From the NCBI RefSeq assembly GCF_040096155.1, contig NZ_JBBMFE010000001.1, positions 374,573-406,572 on the forward strand: a stretch of 32,000 nucleotides of DNA, in the 5' to 3' direction. Of the stretch, positions 1 through 8,288 are shown one piece after another. Origin of the DNA: Laedolimicola intestinihominis (GTDB taxonomy: Bacteria > Bacillota > Clostridia > Lachnospirales > Lachnospiraceae). Made by a program: the position numbers and the translations under genes. The notes beneath the pieces are model-generated. The model was not told the origin of the DNA and ran no database searches. It worked only from the letters and a program-made list of their open reading frames with translations. Every line of letters starts with the position of its first letter. Position 1 is the stretch's first letter.

Positions 1-270
1 GGCATTTCCCATAATAACGGTGTCCAGAACCGGATACTCGTCATACTGGAAATGATCCTGCTTCAGGAAGGAGAGACGCTGTCCCGGGGTAATGACGATT
101 TCGCCATTGGTGGAATCCAGCTCGCCGGAGAGAATCTTCAGGAAGGTAGACTTTCCTGCGCCGTTGGCTCCGATAAGGCCGTAGCAGTTGCCCTCGGTAA
201 ATTTGATATTGACATCTTCGAATAAGGCTTTTTTTCCTATTCTAAGCGTTACGTTATTTGCACTGATCAT
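1..270 (-). CDS. ABC-F family ATPase, N-terminal part (gene continues off the left edge)
   Basis: Minus-strand translation from the ATG at complement 268-270 reads MISANNVTLRIGKKALFEDVNIKFTEGNCYGLIGANGAGKSTFLKILSGELDSTNGEIVITPGQRLSFLKQDHFQYDEYPVLDTVIMGNA. It has Walker A GANGAGKST and a YbiT/EttA-like ABC-F N-terminus. AAGGAG lies 6 nt upstream. Absent from the ORF track because it is truncated by the window edge. Confidence 0.85.
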   Translation of the reverse strand, partial: MISANNVTLRIGKKALFEDVNIKFTEGNCYGLIGANGAGKSTFLKILSGELDSTNGEIVITPGQRLSFLKQDHFQYDEYPVLDTVIMGNA

Positions 271-459
271 GTTTTGCTCCTTATGACTTGGTAAATATGG
301 TGTATGATACGTTTTTTGTCCTGCAGCTTTTATCTGCGGGCATACACATCTATTTTACAGGAAAATATAGAATTTGCAAGCCCTTTCCACGGTTAAATTC
401 CTGAAATTTCTGAGTTTTCAGGATTTCGGAGGGAAAACGGGATTTTCCGGCGGACGGAC

Positions 460-488
460 TTGAGCGGCCGGGGAAAAGAAGGTATAAT
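460..488 (+). promoter_or_regulatory. Candidate sigma-70 promoter for the aldo/keto reductase gene
   Basis: TTGAGC (460-465), a 17-nt spacer, then TATAAT (483-488), about 45 nt upstream of the ATG at 533. Confidence 0.4.
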
Positions 489-532
489 GTAGGAAATCAC
501 AGGTGTGAAAGCACGGAAGAAGGGAGCAGCAT

Positions 533-1378
533 ATGAGACATACATTTACATTGGCCAATGGTGTAGAGATTCCGGCGGTGGGCTTCGGTACCTACAAGGC
601 CGCCGCCGACAACGATGAGGCCATTATCAGCGAGGCTATCCGGCAGGGCTACCGGCATCTGGATACGGCTGCCTTTTATTTTAATGAGGAAGCAGTGGGA
701 AAAGCAGTCCGAGAAAGCGGCGTTCCCCGGGAAGAATTTTTCCTGACCTCGAAGGTCTGGAGAGACCGACTCGGCTACGATTCAACCCTGCGGGAGTTTG
801 AAGAGTCCTGTAAAAAACTGGGTACCGACTATCTGGATCTGTATCTGATTCACTGGCCGAGACCCGACGACCTGACAGCCGAGTGGAAGGATCTGGACGT
901 GGAAACCTGGAAAGCCCTGGAGGATCTCTATAAGTCGAAAAAGGTGCGGGCCATCGGCGTCAGCAATTTCCTGCCTCACCATCTGAACAACCTGCTGGAG
1001 CGGACCAGTATCATTCCTATGGTGAATCAGCTGGAGTTCCATCCGGGATATATGCAGAAGGCCGCGGTGGATTTCAGCCAGCGCCTGGGCATTCAGGTGG
1101 AGGCCTGGAGCCCCATCGGACGGGCCAGAGTGCTTCAGGAGCCGCTTCTCATGGAACTGGCGGAAAAGTATCAGGTATCTGTAGCGCAGATCTGCATCCG
1201 TTTCGCCCTTCAGTGCGGCGTACTGCCGTTGCCCAAGTCTTCTTCCGGCGAGCGGATGTGTCAGAACCTGGACGTCTTTGGCTTTAACATCGAGGATGAC
1301 GATATGCATCAGCTGATGACGCTGCCCCAGCTTGGCTGGTCCGGAGAGCACCCGGACCGGGAGCGGGTGAAGTTATAA
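533..1378 (+). CDS. Aldo/keto reductase (2,5-diketo-D-gluconate reductase-like)
   Basis: The 281-aa ORF has typical AKR signatures (GFGTYK, HLDTAAFY, LDLYLIHWP, IGVSNF, QLEFHP, IPKSS-like PLPKSS). AGGGAG RBS upstream. GC-rich composition matches the flanking chromosome. Confidence 0.9.
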   Translation: MRHTFTLANGVEIPAVGFGTYKAAADNDEAIISEAIRQGYRHLDTAAFYFNEEAVGKAVRESGVPREEFFLTSKVWRDRLGYDSTLREFEESCKKLGTDYLDLYLIHWPRPDDLTAEWKDLDVETWKALEDLYKSKKVRAIGVSNFLPHHLNNLLERTSIIPMVNQLEFHPGYMQKAAVDFSQRLGIQVEAWSPIGRARVLQEPLLMELAEKYQVSVAQICIRFALQCGVLPLPKSSSGERMCQNLDVFGFNIEDDDMHQLMTLPQLGWSGEHPDRERVKL

Positions 1379-1506
1379 TAAAGTGTCAGATAAATATGTC
1401 TGAATTATTATGACTATTATGCAAAAATGACGATTATAAACAATTTCTAAAATATTAGCACCCCTACTTGATTATAAATATATGGGATTTATCCTGTTTT
1501 GTAGAG

Positions 1507-1561
1507 AAAAAGAAAATGCCAGAAACCTTGATTTTATAAGGATTTTTGGCATTTTCTTTTT
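1507..1561. terminator. Long perfect hairpin, probably a bidirectional rho-independent terminator
   Basis: AAAAAGAAAATGCCA (1507-1521) pairs perfectly with TGGCATTTTCTTTTT (1547-1561), a 15-bp stem. It has an A-run on one side and a T-run on the other, and sits in AT-rich DNA between the AKR gene and the EEP operon. Confidence 0.55.
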
Positions 1562-1748
1562 GTGACAGGGTGTGTCTGGATTTGTCATAAGCAAATGAAA
1601 ATATGTAAAAAATATGTATAGGAAAATGCGAAAAATATTCAAAAAGGAAAAGATTTGAAAAATTTGAAAATATGCAGGTGAATAATATATACATTATTTT
1701 CAATTTTATGGTATCATAAAAATAAAGATAAAAAGAAGGTGATATAAG

Positions 1749-2558
1749 TTGCTAAATATTATGTTTTGGAATCTTAAAAGAAATGCTATTGAGGATATGA
1801 TTATAACGTGCATCGCTGAGAATAACATTGACATTGCAATTTTTGCAGAGTTTGACAATATAGATTTTAATAAGATAGAAGAAAGCTTGGGAAAAATGTA
1901 TAAGCGAATTTTGGGGGTACAAAAAGATAGGGATAGAAAGGTAACGCTTATAGCAAAGACTACTTTTGATATTAAGAGCATAGAACAAGAAAAGCGGTAT
2001 AACATTTATAATATTGAGACAGGATTGAAAAAATACATTTTAGCAGCAATTCACTTGGAAGACAGACGAAATTATGAAACAAGAGACAGACTTGAAACGA
2101 TACGGGATATAATGGAAAATATTGAACAAACAGAAGCATTGTGGAAATGCAATAACACAATAGTTATTGGAGATTTTAATGCCAATCCGTATGATGAAGA
2201 ATTAATAAGTCGGTATGCGTTTAATTCTGTTTTATTTAAAACAATTATAAATAAAAACGAATTAAGAAATCCTAGCACATTAAAAAAGAAACGATTTTAT
2301 AATCCTATTTTACATTACATATCCGAAGAAACGGAAATGTATGGAAGTTTTTATTATGAAAATGGTTCAGTGACTCCCTATTGGTATTGTCTAGATCAAC
2401 TATTAGTAAGAAAAGAGTTAATAAATAGTATTTGTCATATGGAATATTTGAAGAGGATAGATAAGAAAGAGTTGTTAAAGAACGGAATACCAGATCAGGA
2501 AATAAGTGATCACTTACCATTATTAGTAAAATTACAGGAGGTAGGAAATGGAGTATGA
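1749..2558 (+). CDS. Endonuclease/exonuclease/phosphatase (EEP, DNase I-like) family protein, cytoplasmic, all catalytic motifs intact
   Basis: The 269-aa ORF carries the ordered EEP motifs FWNL (Asn), IAIFAEF (Glu), LAAIHL (His), VIGDFNANP (Asp-x-Asn), LDQLLV (Asp) and SDHLPLL (Asp-His). There is no signal peptide. GGTGAT lies 7 nt before the TTG start at 1749; the alternative ATG is at 1761. Codon usage is very AT-rich. The stop overlaps the next gene start by 11 nt. Confidence 0.8.
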   Translation: MLNIMFWNLKRNAIEDMIITCIAENNIDIAIFAEFDNIDFNKIEESLGKMYKRILGVQKDRDRKVTLIAKTTFDIKSIEQEKRYNIYNIETGLKKYILAAIHLEDRRNYETRDRLETIRDIMENIEQTEALWKCNNTIVIGDFNANPYDEELISRYAFNSVLFKTIINKNELRNPSTLKKKRFYNPILHYISEETEMYGSFYYENGSVTPYWYCLDQLLVRKELINSICHMEYLKRIDKKELLKNGIPDQEISDHLPLLVKLQEVGNGV

Positions 2559-3543
2559 AAATTATTGGATAGTTGATGATGAGGGCCATGAGGATTTAAA
2601 ATACACTGAAAATATTTGTAAAATAATGGAGCAACAATGCCGATATTTGTTTGATTATACAAATGGGTGTGTTTTTGCGGTTTTTGATGAAATAAAAACG
2701 GAGGGTTCAATAATTGCGACAGCAAAAACTATGGCAAACGCATTTAGGATTCTGTCAGGAAAGATGGAATTACAAGAAACTATTGCTGAATCATCTACAA
2801 AAAATTTAATAGATGCGAATAATATGTATTTTGATAAACGTTATGGATTTGAAATATGTACTGAAGAATATAGATTTAGGGTATTTGAGTTAAGAATGAC
2901 CCCAATATATCCTGTAGAAATCAATATTGATGAAGGAATATGCAAAAATATAAGAAATACTTTAGACAGGGTAGCCATTCCAATGGAAAAAGTTAATTAT
3001 TTTAGAATCGGTGATGAAGAAGCTTTTTGTAATGTACTACAAGCTATTTTGCAAGATAAAAAAGTGCGTTATATCGTTGGTGAGCTGCAAAAACGTGTGC
3101 AAGAAAGAAATGCGAATAAAGAGAATTTGCCTGGGAAGGTAATTATATGTGAAGGACAGACGGATGAAATAGTACTTCAAGCGATTGCCAAAAAGTTAAA
3201 TAAAGAGGTTACGATTGTAGTAGCTAATGGGAAATACAATGTACCGGCTGTTTTAGAGGGTGTGAGAATGAAATCTAGCAAACCGGAAATTTTGGTGGTT
3301 GTTGATTCTGACGGAGATGAAGAGCAAACTCGAAATATAATTGTTGAAAAATTGGGCGTTGGAGGTTATGAATTGGCAATAGTTAATAGTTGTATAGAAG
3401 ATTGGTTTATGCCTGAGACAGAAAAATTTAGCAAACTGAAATTTATGTATTTAGTGAATTCTATGGTGGAAGAAGCTGATTTTGAAGAATTAGGAAAAGC
3501 TCATAAATCCTTTGCTAAAGTAGTTGAATTTTTGCAAAGATAA
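2548..3543 (+). CDS. Unknown N-terminal domain fused to a C-terminal OLD/DUF4435(AriB)-like Toprim domain, with no ATPase motif
   Basis: 331-aa ORF with AGGAGG 6 nt upstream of the ATG. The C-terminal ~140 aa reads VIICEGQTDE (Toprim Glu), VVVDSDGDEE (DxD) and SCIEDWF (the IE[ND][YW] tail seen in OLD/AriB-type Toprims). I see no Walker A. I could not assign the N-terminal ~190 aa to any family by eye. Confidence 0.75.
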   Translation: MEYENYWIVDDEGHEDLKYTENICKIMEQQCRYLFDYTNGCVFAVFDEIKTEGSIIATAKTMANAFRILSGKMELQETIAESSTKNLIDANNMYFDKRYGFEICTEEYRFRVFELRMTPIYPVEINIDEGICKNIRNTLDRVAIPMEKVNYFRIGDEEAFCNVLQAILQDKKVRYIVGELQKRVQERNANKENLPGKVIICEGQTDEIVLQAIAKKLNKEVTIVVANGKYNVPAVLEGVRMKSSKPEILVVVDSDGDEEQTRNIIVEKLGVGGYELAIVNSCIEDWFMPETEKFSKLKFMYLVNSMVEEADFEELGKAHKSFAKVVEFLQR

Positions 3544-3583
3544 TTCATGAAATTTCTAAAAGTGCATAAAATATAAAAGTCTA

Positions 3584-3611
3584 GGGAAGCGTTAAATGGC
3601 TTCCCTTTTTC
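3584..3611 (+). terminator. Rho-independent terminator of the EEP/Toprim operon
   Basis: GGGAAGC (3584-3590), loop GTTAAATG, GCTTCCC (3599-3605), then TTTTT. It lies 40 nt after the stop at 3543. Confidence 0.7.
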
Positions 3612-4040
3612 TAAAATTCCTTCAAATTCGGCCTCTCAGGCCGAAGACAAATCCCCAAACATCATTTATGATTATATCAGGAACAGCAAAAACCTGTTCA
3701 CAGACAACTGAATAGCAGTTACAGCATGGAAAATTCCGGCGTATATTCGGCAGAATATCAGCGGGGCCTGCGAGGAGAGTTGATGGACCGAGAGGTGAAG
3801 ATGGAGCAGGTACAGATTGGATTGATTACGGCGGAAGGATAATAACTCACGAAGGGAGCTGAAGTGGTTTCCTGGCCCTCGAAATAAGCAGCAGAGGGGA
3901 CGAGCGGTATATAGAATACCGGTCTTGTGAACATCAGAGGATGTCATGCGGCAGGGTTGCCAGTAACTCCCACGTACACGGGGCGAAGAGGAACAAGCGT
4001 GTACTTACATGGAAAATATGAAATGGAGGGATAAGGAAGG

Positions 4041-4955
4041 ATGTACAAGGGAATCGAGGTTATCGGGATAGATCATGGCTGGTCGTATATGAAGACAATT
4101 TCTCATGTGTTTGTGACAGGCGTGGAAGAGATAGCGACGGAACCGGCCTTTACGAAGAATCTGCTGGAATTTGGTGGAAAATTCTATAAGATAGGCGGTA
4201 CCCGTCTTGAAGTACAGGATGTAAAAACGAAGAATGATAACTTTTTCCTGCTGACGCTGGCGGCCATTGCTAAGGAGCTGAAAAGCAGGGGAAAAAGGGA
4301 AGCAAAGATTTATCTGGCAGTGGGGCTTCCACTTACACGTTTCGGGCAGGAGCGTGCAGATTTCATTCGATATCTGACAGCCAGAAGGTGTGTGAAGTAC
4401 CAGTTTGAAAAAGAAGAGTACCGGATAGAGGTTTTGAATGCGTTCGTGTTTCCCCAGTGTTATGCGGCGGTTGCTGATAAGCTTAGCACCTATAAGCGAA
4501 AGGTACTGGTGGTAGACATTGGAAGCTGGACGATTGATATGATGCCGGTAGTCGATGAAGAACCGGACGAGCCCAGATGCTCTACGCTACAGAGAGGGTT
4601 GATTACCTGTATGCGCTCCATCAATGAACAGTGTGTCCGGCAGTTGAATGGAGAGGTAGATGAAAGCGATATTCAGGCAGTGATGCGGATGGAGCGTAGC
4701 GGGTTGAATGGAGATTATACCAGAATCATTGAAAATGAGGTTCGGACTTTCATGGGGCAGATTTATCATTCCATCCGGGAGCATGGCTACAATCTTCAGA
4801 CCACGCCGTTGATTTTCGTAGGAGGCGGGGCAGTCGTGATGAAAAATTATGGCCCGATACAGCAGGGAAATGTGACTTACAATCTGGATATCAAGGCCAA
4901 TGCAAGGGGATATGAATATCTCACCTATACGGCGCTCCGGCAGATGCGCAGATAA
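4041..4955 (+). CDS. parM: ParM/StbA-like actin-fold partition ATPase
   Basis: The 304-aa ORF has actin-fold phosphate and adenosine motifs: GIDHGWSYMKT, VVDIGSWTIDM and FVGGGAVV. GGAGGG-type RBS upstream. Confidence 0.8.
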   Translation: MYKGIEVIGIDHGWSYMKTISHVFVTGVEEIATEPAFTKNLLEFGGKFYKIGGTRLEVQDVKTKNDNFFLLTLAAIAKELKSRGKREAKIYLAVGLPLTRFGQERADFIRYLTARRCVKYQFEKEEYRIEVLNAFVFPQCYAAVADKLSTYKRKVLVVDIGSWTIDMMPVVDEEPDEPRCSTLQRGLITCMRSINEQCVRQLNGEVDESDIQAVMRMERSGLNGDYTRIIENEVRTFMGQIYHSIREHGYNLQTTPLIFVGGGAVVMKNYGPIQQGNVTYNLDIKANARGYEYLTYTALRQMRR

Positions 4956-4964
4956 GGAGCAGAC

Positions 4965-5408
4965 ATGAGTTTATCAACGATTCGAAAAATGACGCTCAGA
5001 CTCAATATGGAAGAACCGAAGCAGGCCGAGATTTACCAGATACTGACCAATCTGGATAAATATATTTATAAATCCCAGAATCAGTTTCTGGTAGACGCGC
5101 TGGAGTTCTACATTGAACATAGCGGAAAAGATATGTTGACCCAGCAGGAGCAGGCCGAACAGCAGCGATACATCACGGCAGAGGAACTGGAGCAGATAAA
5201 AAAGGAGTTGCGTGGGGAACTGCTGGAAGAGACGAGGAATGAACTTCTGAAACTGCTGGGACGGTATGCGGCAGGCGCACAGAATCCGATGACCGGTCAG
5301 ATAAAGGCATTGACGGGTCAGACGGACGAAATGGAACTGGAAAATGACACAGAGGGGGAAAACTCTGTAGTAGGCAATCTGGCATGCAGATGGATGGGAG
5401 AGATTTAA
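4965..5408 (+). CDS. Ribbon-helix-helix-like small protein, probable ParR-type adaptor
   Basis: 147 aa. The N-terminus KMTLRLNMEEPKQAEIYQILTNL fits a beta-strand plus helix RHH pattern, followed by an acidic coiled-coil tail. It sits immediately downstream of parM, 9 nt after its stop. The ParR role is inferred from position. Confidence 0.55.
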   Translation: MSLSTIRKMTLRLNMEEPKQAEIYQILTNLDKYIYKSQNQFLVDALEFYIEHSGKDMLTQQEQAEQQRYITAEELEQIKKELRGELLEETRNELLKLLGRYAAGAQNPMTGQIKALTGQTDEMELENDTEGENSVVGNLACRWMGEI

Positions 5409-5582
5409 ATGAAATCGGTACTTGAGACAATCGGAAAAGGTTTTTGTGGAATCGGAAAGGTATCTCTGTGGATTGCGATTTTTGTATGGGCAATCGCAAT
5501 AACGGCGGCAAAGATATTTTTTGTATTGTTCTTAACACTTGCCAGAATGGTGCTGATTCTTATCAGTGCTGTGGAACCATAG
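5409..5582 (+). CDS. Small two-TM membrane protein (57 aa), not in the ORF track (below 60 aa)
   Basis: MKSVLETIGKGFCGIGKVSLWIAIFVWAIAITAAKIFFVLFLTLARMVLILISAVEP. The ATG directly abuts the previous stop (TAAATG). There are two hydrophobic helices, and a terminator follows. Confidence 0.5.
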   Translation: MKSVLETIGKGFCGIGKVSLWIAIFVWAIAITAAKIFFVLFLTLARMVLILISAVEP

Positions 5583-5595
5583 GGAAAGGTAAGGA

Positions 5596-5622
5596 AAGCG
5601 CTTCTTCGGAGGCGCTTTTTGT
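5596..5622 (+). terminator. Rho-independent terminator with a UUCG tetraloop
   Basis: AAGCGCTTC-TTCG-GAGGCGCTT (9-bp stem with one G-U pair) followed by TTTTGT. Confidence 0.55.
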
Positions 5623-5878
5623 ATTATAAAGTCCCGTAAGGGGCTGCAGGTGTCAGGTTCTGTGGGGTAAAGGAGGAAAAATGAGGTATATACGTGACAA
5701 GCCGGGGAAAGGCTGGATGGAGCGGTTGGCAATAGGCTGGCTGCTTTTTTATTGTAAATGATATTTAAAGAGAGAGGGTGTGTAACGTAAAAGTACAGAA
5801 ATCAGACCAGAGAAAGGAAAAGCCGGACAGGGTTCCGGGATATTGGAAGAGAAAACCAAAAAGGAAAGGGGATGAAAG

Positions 5879-6820
5879 ATGGAGGCGAACCTAGAATTTT
5901 CAGCTTTTTGTAGAAGCATACAAGAGGGGCTGGAACAGAAAAAAGAGCTTAAAAAATATCAGTTTACTATAGAGAATGGCGCGATTCTAATTGCAAGGAT
6001 AAGAAACGGACAGACAAGCAGTGTGGAAATGAAGCTGGATGATTCCTATGAACGGTATTGTAAATCAGGTGACTATGCAAGTGTATATGAGAGTCTTGAA
6101 AAATATCTGACAGAAATCGGAGCAAATTTGGATAAGTGCCTGGAGAGCAATCAGAAAGAGAAACTGATAAAGGAAAACTTGATTTTTAAGCTGGTCAATA
6201 CACGTTATAACAGTGACTATTTGCAGGATGCTCCGCATAGAGAAATCGGCGATATGTCAGTGGTATATTGCTGGAAAATCTCGGACAAATTGTTTGGAAA
6301 ACTTACAAATAACGTGATGGAAAAGCTGGGGTGGACAGAGGAGATGCTGTATGAGATGGCTTATAAGAATACAAGAGAAATGAATCCGCCTGTACTGGAA
6401 AGCATCTATGAAGCGATTGGCCCAACATGGGATACAAGCTATGAGAAAGAAATCAGAGCAAAAAGAATGCTGGTTCTTACGAATCAGAGTAAGGATTATG
6501 GAGCGGTCATGATGCTATATGATGATTTACTGCAAAGCGCGGCAAAACGTGCAGGAGAGGATATATATGTACTTCCATCGTCTGTGCATGAAGTAATTTT
6601 GATGCCGGTATCACTGACGAATGGTGTCATGGCGCAGTTGCGCTTACGTGAAGTAAATCGGAAAGAAGTAAAACCGAAAGACACGTTATCGTATACGGCA
6701 TACAAATATGATGCGAAGGCTCATACTTTGAAACCAGTAGATTTCGGTGGTAGGAAACGAAAAAGTAAAAAAACGGAAAAGCAGCCTATAAATTTAGATA
6801 TTGCCGATAAGGTAAGATAG
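5879..6820 (+). CDS. DUF5688-like ICE protein (paralog A)
   Basis: 313 aa with a GGGGA RBS. It shares long motifs with the next ORF (PHREIGDMSVVYCW, GWTEEMLYEMAYKNTREMNPP, VLTNQ, MMLYDD, YVLPSSVHE). The family name is from memory of similar ICE proteins and is not verified. Confidence 0.7.
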   Translation: MEANLEFSAFCRSIQEGLEQKKELKKYQFTIENGAILIARIRNGQTSSVEMKLDDSYERYCKSGDYASVYESLEKYLTEIGANLDKCLESNQKEKLIKENLIFKLVNTRYNSDYLQDAPHREIGDMSVVYCWKISDKLFGKLTNNVMEKLGWTEEMLYEMAYKNTREMNPPVLESIYEAIGPTWDTSYEKEIRAKRMLVLTNQSKDYGAVMMLYDDLLQSAAKRAGEDIYVLPSSVHEVILMPVSLTNGVMAQLRLREVNRKEVKPKDTLSYTAYKYDAKAHTLKPVDFGGRKRKSKKTEKQPINLDIADKVR

Positions 6821-6828
6821 GAGGAAAA

Positions 6829-7770
6829 ATGGCAGGAAGAATGAATTTTGAAGAGTTTTGTAACCGTGTAGTGCAGGAAATAAACCAGGAAAAAGCGCTG
6901 GGGGAGAGCGTTGCCAGTTATGAGGATAAAAAAATTCGTGTAACGGAAAGAAAAAATGGCCGCAGTGTGAGTACCGGACTGGAACCGAAAGGGTGTTATG
7001 ACTGGTATGCTGCTACAGGAGATTTTACCAGGGCATATGCGGATATTAAAGAAAATCTGCGGACTGCAATGGAAGAGTTTCATGAGAAGGTTGGAGAGGT
7101 GAGACTGGACAAGAAATCAATCGAAGAAAGTCTGCATTTTCAGTTGGTAAATACGGAAAGAACTGGAGAAATACTGAACCACATGCCGCACCGGGATATG
7201 GGGGATATGTCAGTAGTCTATTGTTGGCAGGTGGCAGATGAGATGATTGGAAAAATTACAAATCAAGTGGCAAAGAGTATGGGCTGGACAGAAGAAAAAT
7301 TGTATCGGATGGCTTATGAGAATACCAGGCAGGTGAATCCCCCAAGACTGGAAAGTATGGGGAATATGCTGAAACTGTTGGGAGGCTTAGACGATATGAC
7401 GAATGCTGCCCCAGCTCAAATGTATGTCCTTACCAACCAGAAAAATACGGCAGGGGCAGCTATGATGTTGTATGACGATATGTTGGAGAAGGCGGCAGAA
7501 AAGCTGGGTGGAGATGTATATGTTATTCCGTCTTCCATTCACGAGACACTTTTAATTCCGGCAGGCATCACAGAGGCAATCGAAGTACAGGATTTACTTC
7601 GTGAAATGAATCAGACGCTGTATCCGGGAGATCTTCTGTCGAACACCCTGTATATGTACGATGCCCATGCACATGAACTCAAACCGGCGGACGTACATCC
7701 AATACGAACCAATAGTCAGGAAGTGTATGAACCGGTATTTCGGCCCACCTTTGTAGTCAGTGCCAGATAG
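6829..7770 (+). CDS. DUF5688-like ICE protein (paralog B)
   Basis: 313 aa with an AGGAGG RBS. It is colinear with 5879-6820 (PHRDMGDMSVVYCW, GWTEEKLYRMAYENTRQVNPP, VLTNQ, MMLYDD, YVIPSSIHE). Confidence 0.7.
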   Translation: MAGRMNFEEFCNRVVQEINQEKALGESVASYEDKKIRVTERKNGRSVSTGLEPKGCYDWYAATGDFTRAYADIKENLRTAMEEFHEKVGEVRLDKKSIEESLHFQLVNTERTGEILNHMPHRDMGDMSVVYCWQVADEMIGKITNQVAKSMGWTEEKLYRMAYENTRQVNPPRLESMGNMLKLLGGLDDMTNAAPAQMYVLTNQKNTAGAAMMLYDDMLEKAAEKLGGDVYVIPSSIHETLLIPAGITEAIEVQDLLREMNQTLYPGDLLSNTLYMYDAHAHELKPADVHPIRTNSQEVYEPVFRPTFVVSAR

Positions 7771-7778
7771 GAGCAGTT

Positions 7779-8288
7779 ATGGAGGATGGATTTAAGCTGG
7801 AGCAGGTAGCTATACGTCTGGTTCCGGAAGCAGCCGTGTGGGATACCGATCCGATTCGAAGTCCGGAACGGGCGGTAGAAGTGTTGGGTAAATATATCCG
7901 GGATATGGATCGGGAAGCAGTCTGTGTAGTGAATTTCAATGCAAGGTTGCAGCCAATCAATTTTCAGATCGTCAGTATAGGAACCTTGGATCAGGCGCTG
8001 TGTGAGCCCCGGGAAATTCTAAAGGCAGCTATCCTGTCCAACGCAAACTCTATGATGATTCTGCACAATCATCCGGCAGGAAGCATAACACCTTCTGGAA
8101 GTGATATGCAAATGACGGAAAGAATGGAAAAGGTGTGTGATCTGGTCGGGATCCCACTGATGGACAGTATCATTATCGGGTTTGGCCGGGAAGATTATTT
8201 CAGCTTTCGGGATGCTTCGATGCTGGTAGAGCAAAATCAGCAGAGCGATAGAGCGGCTGAGGAAAGGAGCGGGAGAGGAGGAAGATGA
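7779..8288 (+). CDS. radC: RadC-like JAB/MPN domain protein
   Basis: JAMM motif HNHPAGSITPSGSD followed by GIPLMDSIIIG...YFSFRD, typical of the RadC/DUF2466 family. Confidence 0.85.
   Translation: MEDGFKLEQVAIRLVPEAAVWDTDPIRSPERAVEVLGKYIRDMDREAVCVVNFNARLQPINFQIVSIGTLDQALCEPREILKAAILSNANSMMILHNHPAGSITPSGSDMQMTERMEKVCDLVGIPLMDSIIIGFGREDYFSFRDASMLVEQNQQSDRAAEERSGRGGR

Noticed and set aside
318-345. Hairpin CCTGCAG...CTGCGGG preceded by a T-run in the ABC-F/AKR intergenic region, considered as a terminator or ABC-F leader attenuator.
   Set aside because: The U-run is on the wrong side for either transcription direction and the stem has a mismatch. The evidence is insufficient.
1464-2725. Numerous minus-strand and alternative-frame ORFs in the AT-rich island (for example 1464-1703, 1706-2005, 1752-1988, 2305-2589, 2510-2725).
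   Set aside because: Their translations are low-complexity and Phe/Ile/Leu/Ser-rich, they lack an SD, and they lie antisense to or overlap the well-supported EEP and Toprim genes. This is typical of chance ORFs in AT-rich DNA.
1442-3620. Short shared string ATTTCTAAAA near both edges of the AT-rich island (about 1445 and about 3553, and TTTCTAAAA at about 3608) as possible target-site duplications.
   Set aside because: A 9-10-nt match in DNA this AT-rich is expected by chance. There are no flanking inverted repeats or a recombinase to support it.
3672-3947. 91-aa minus-strand ORF and a 38-codon plus-strand ORF (3726-3842) in the 430-bp gap upstream of parM.
   Set aside because: Neither has a usable SD or a recognisable motif. 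The region is more likely the ICE end, att site or a promoter region, and I cannot assign a feature from the sequence alone.
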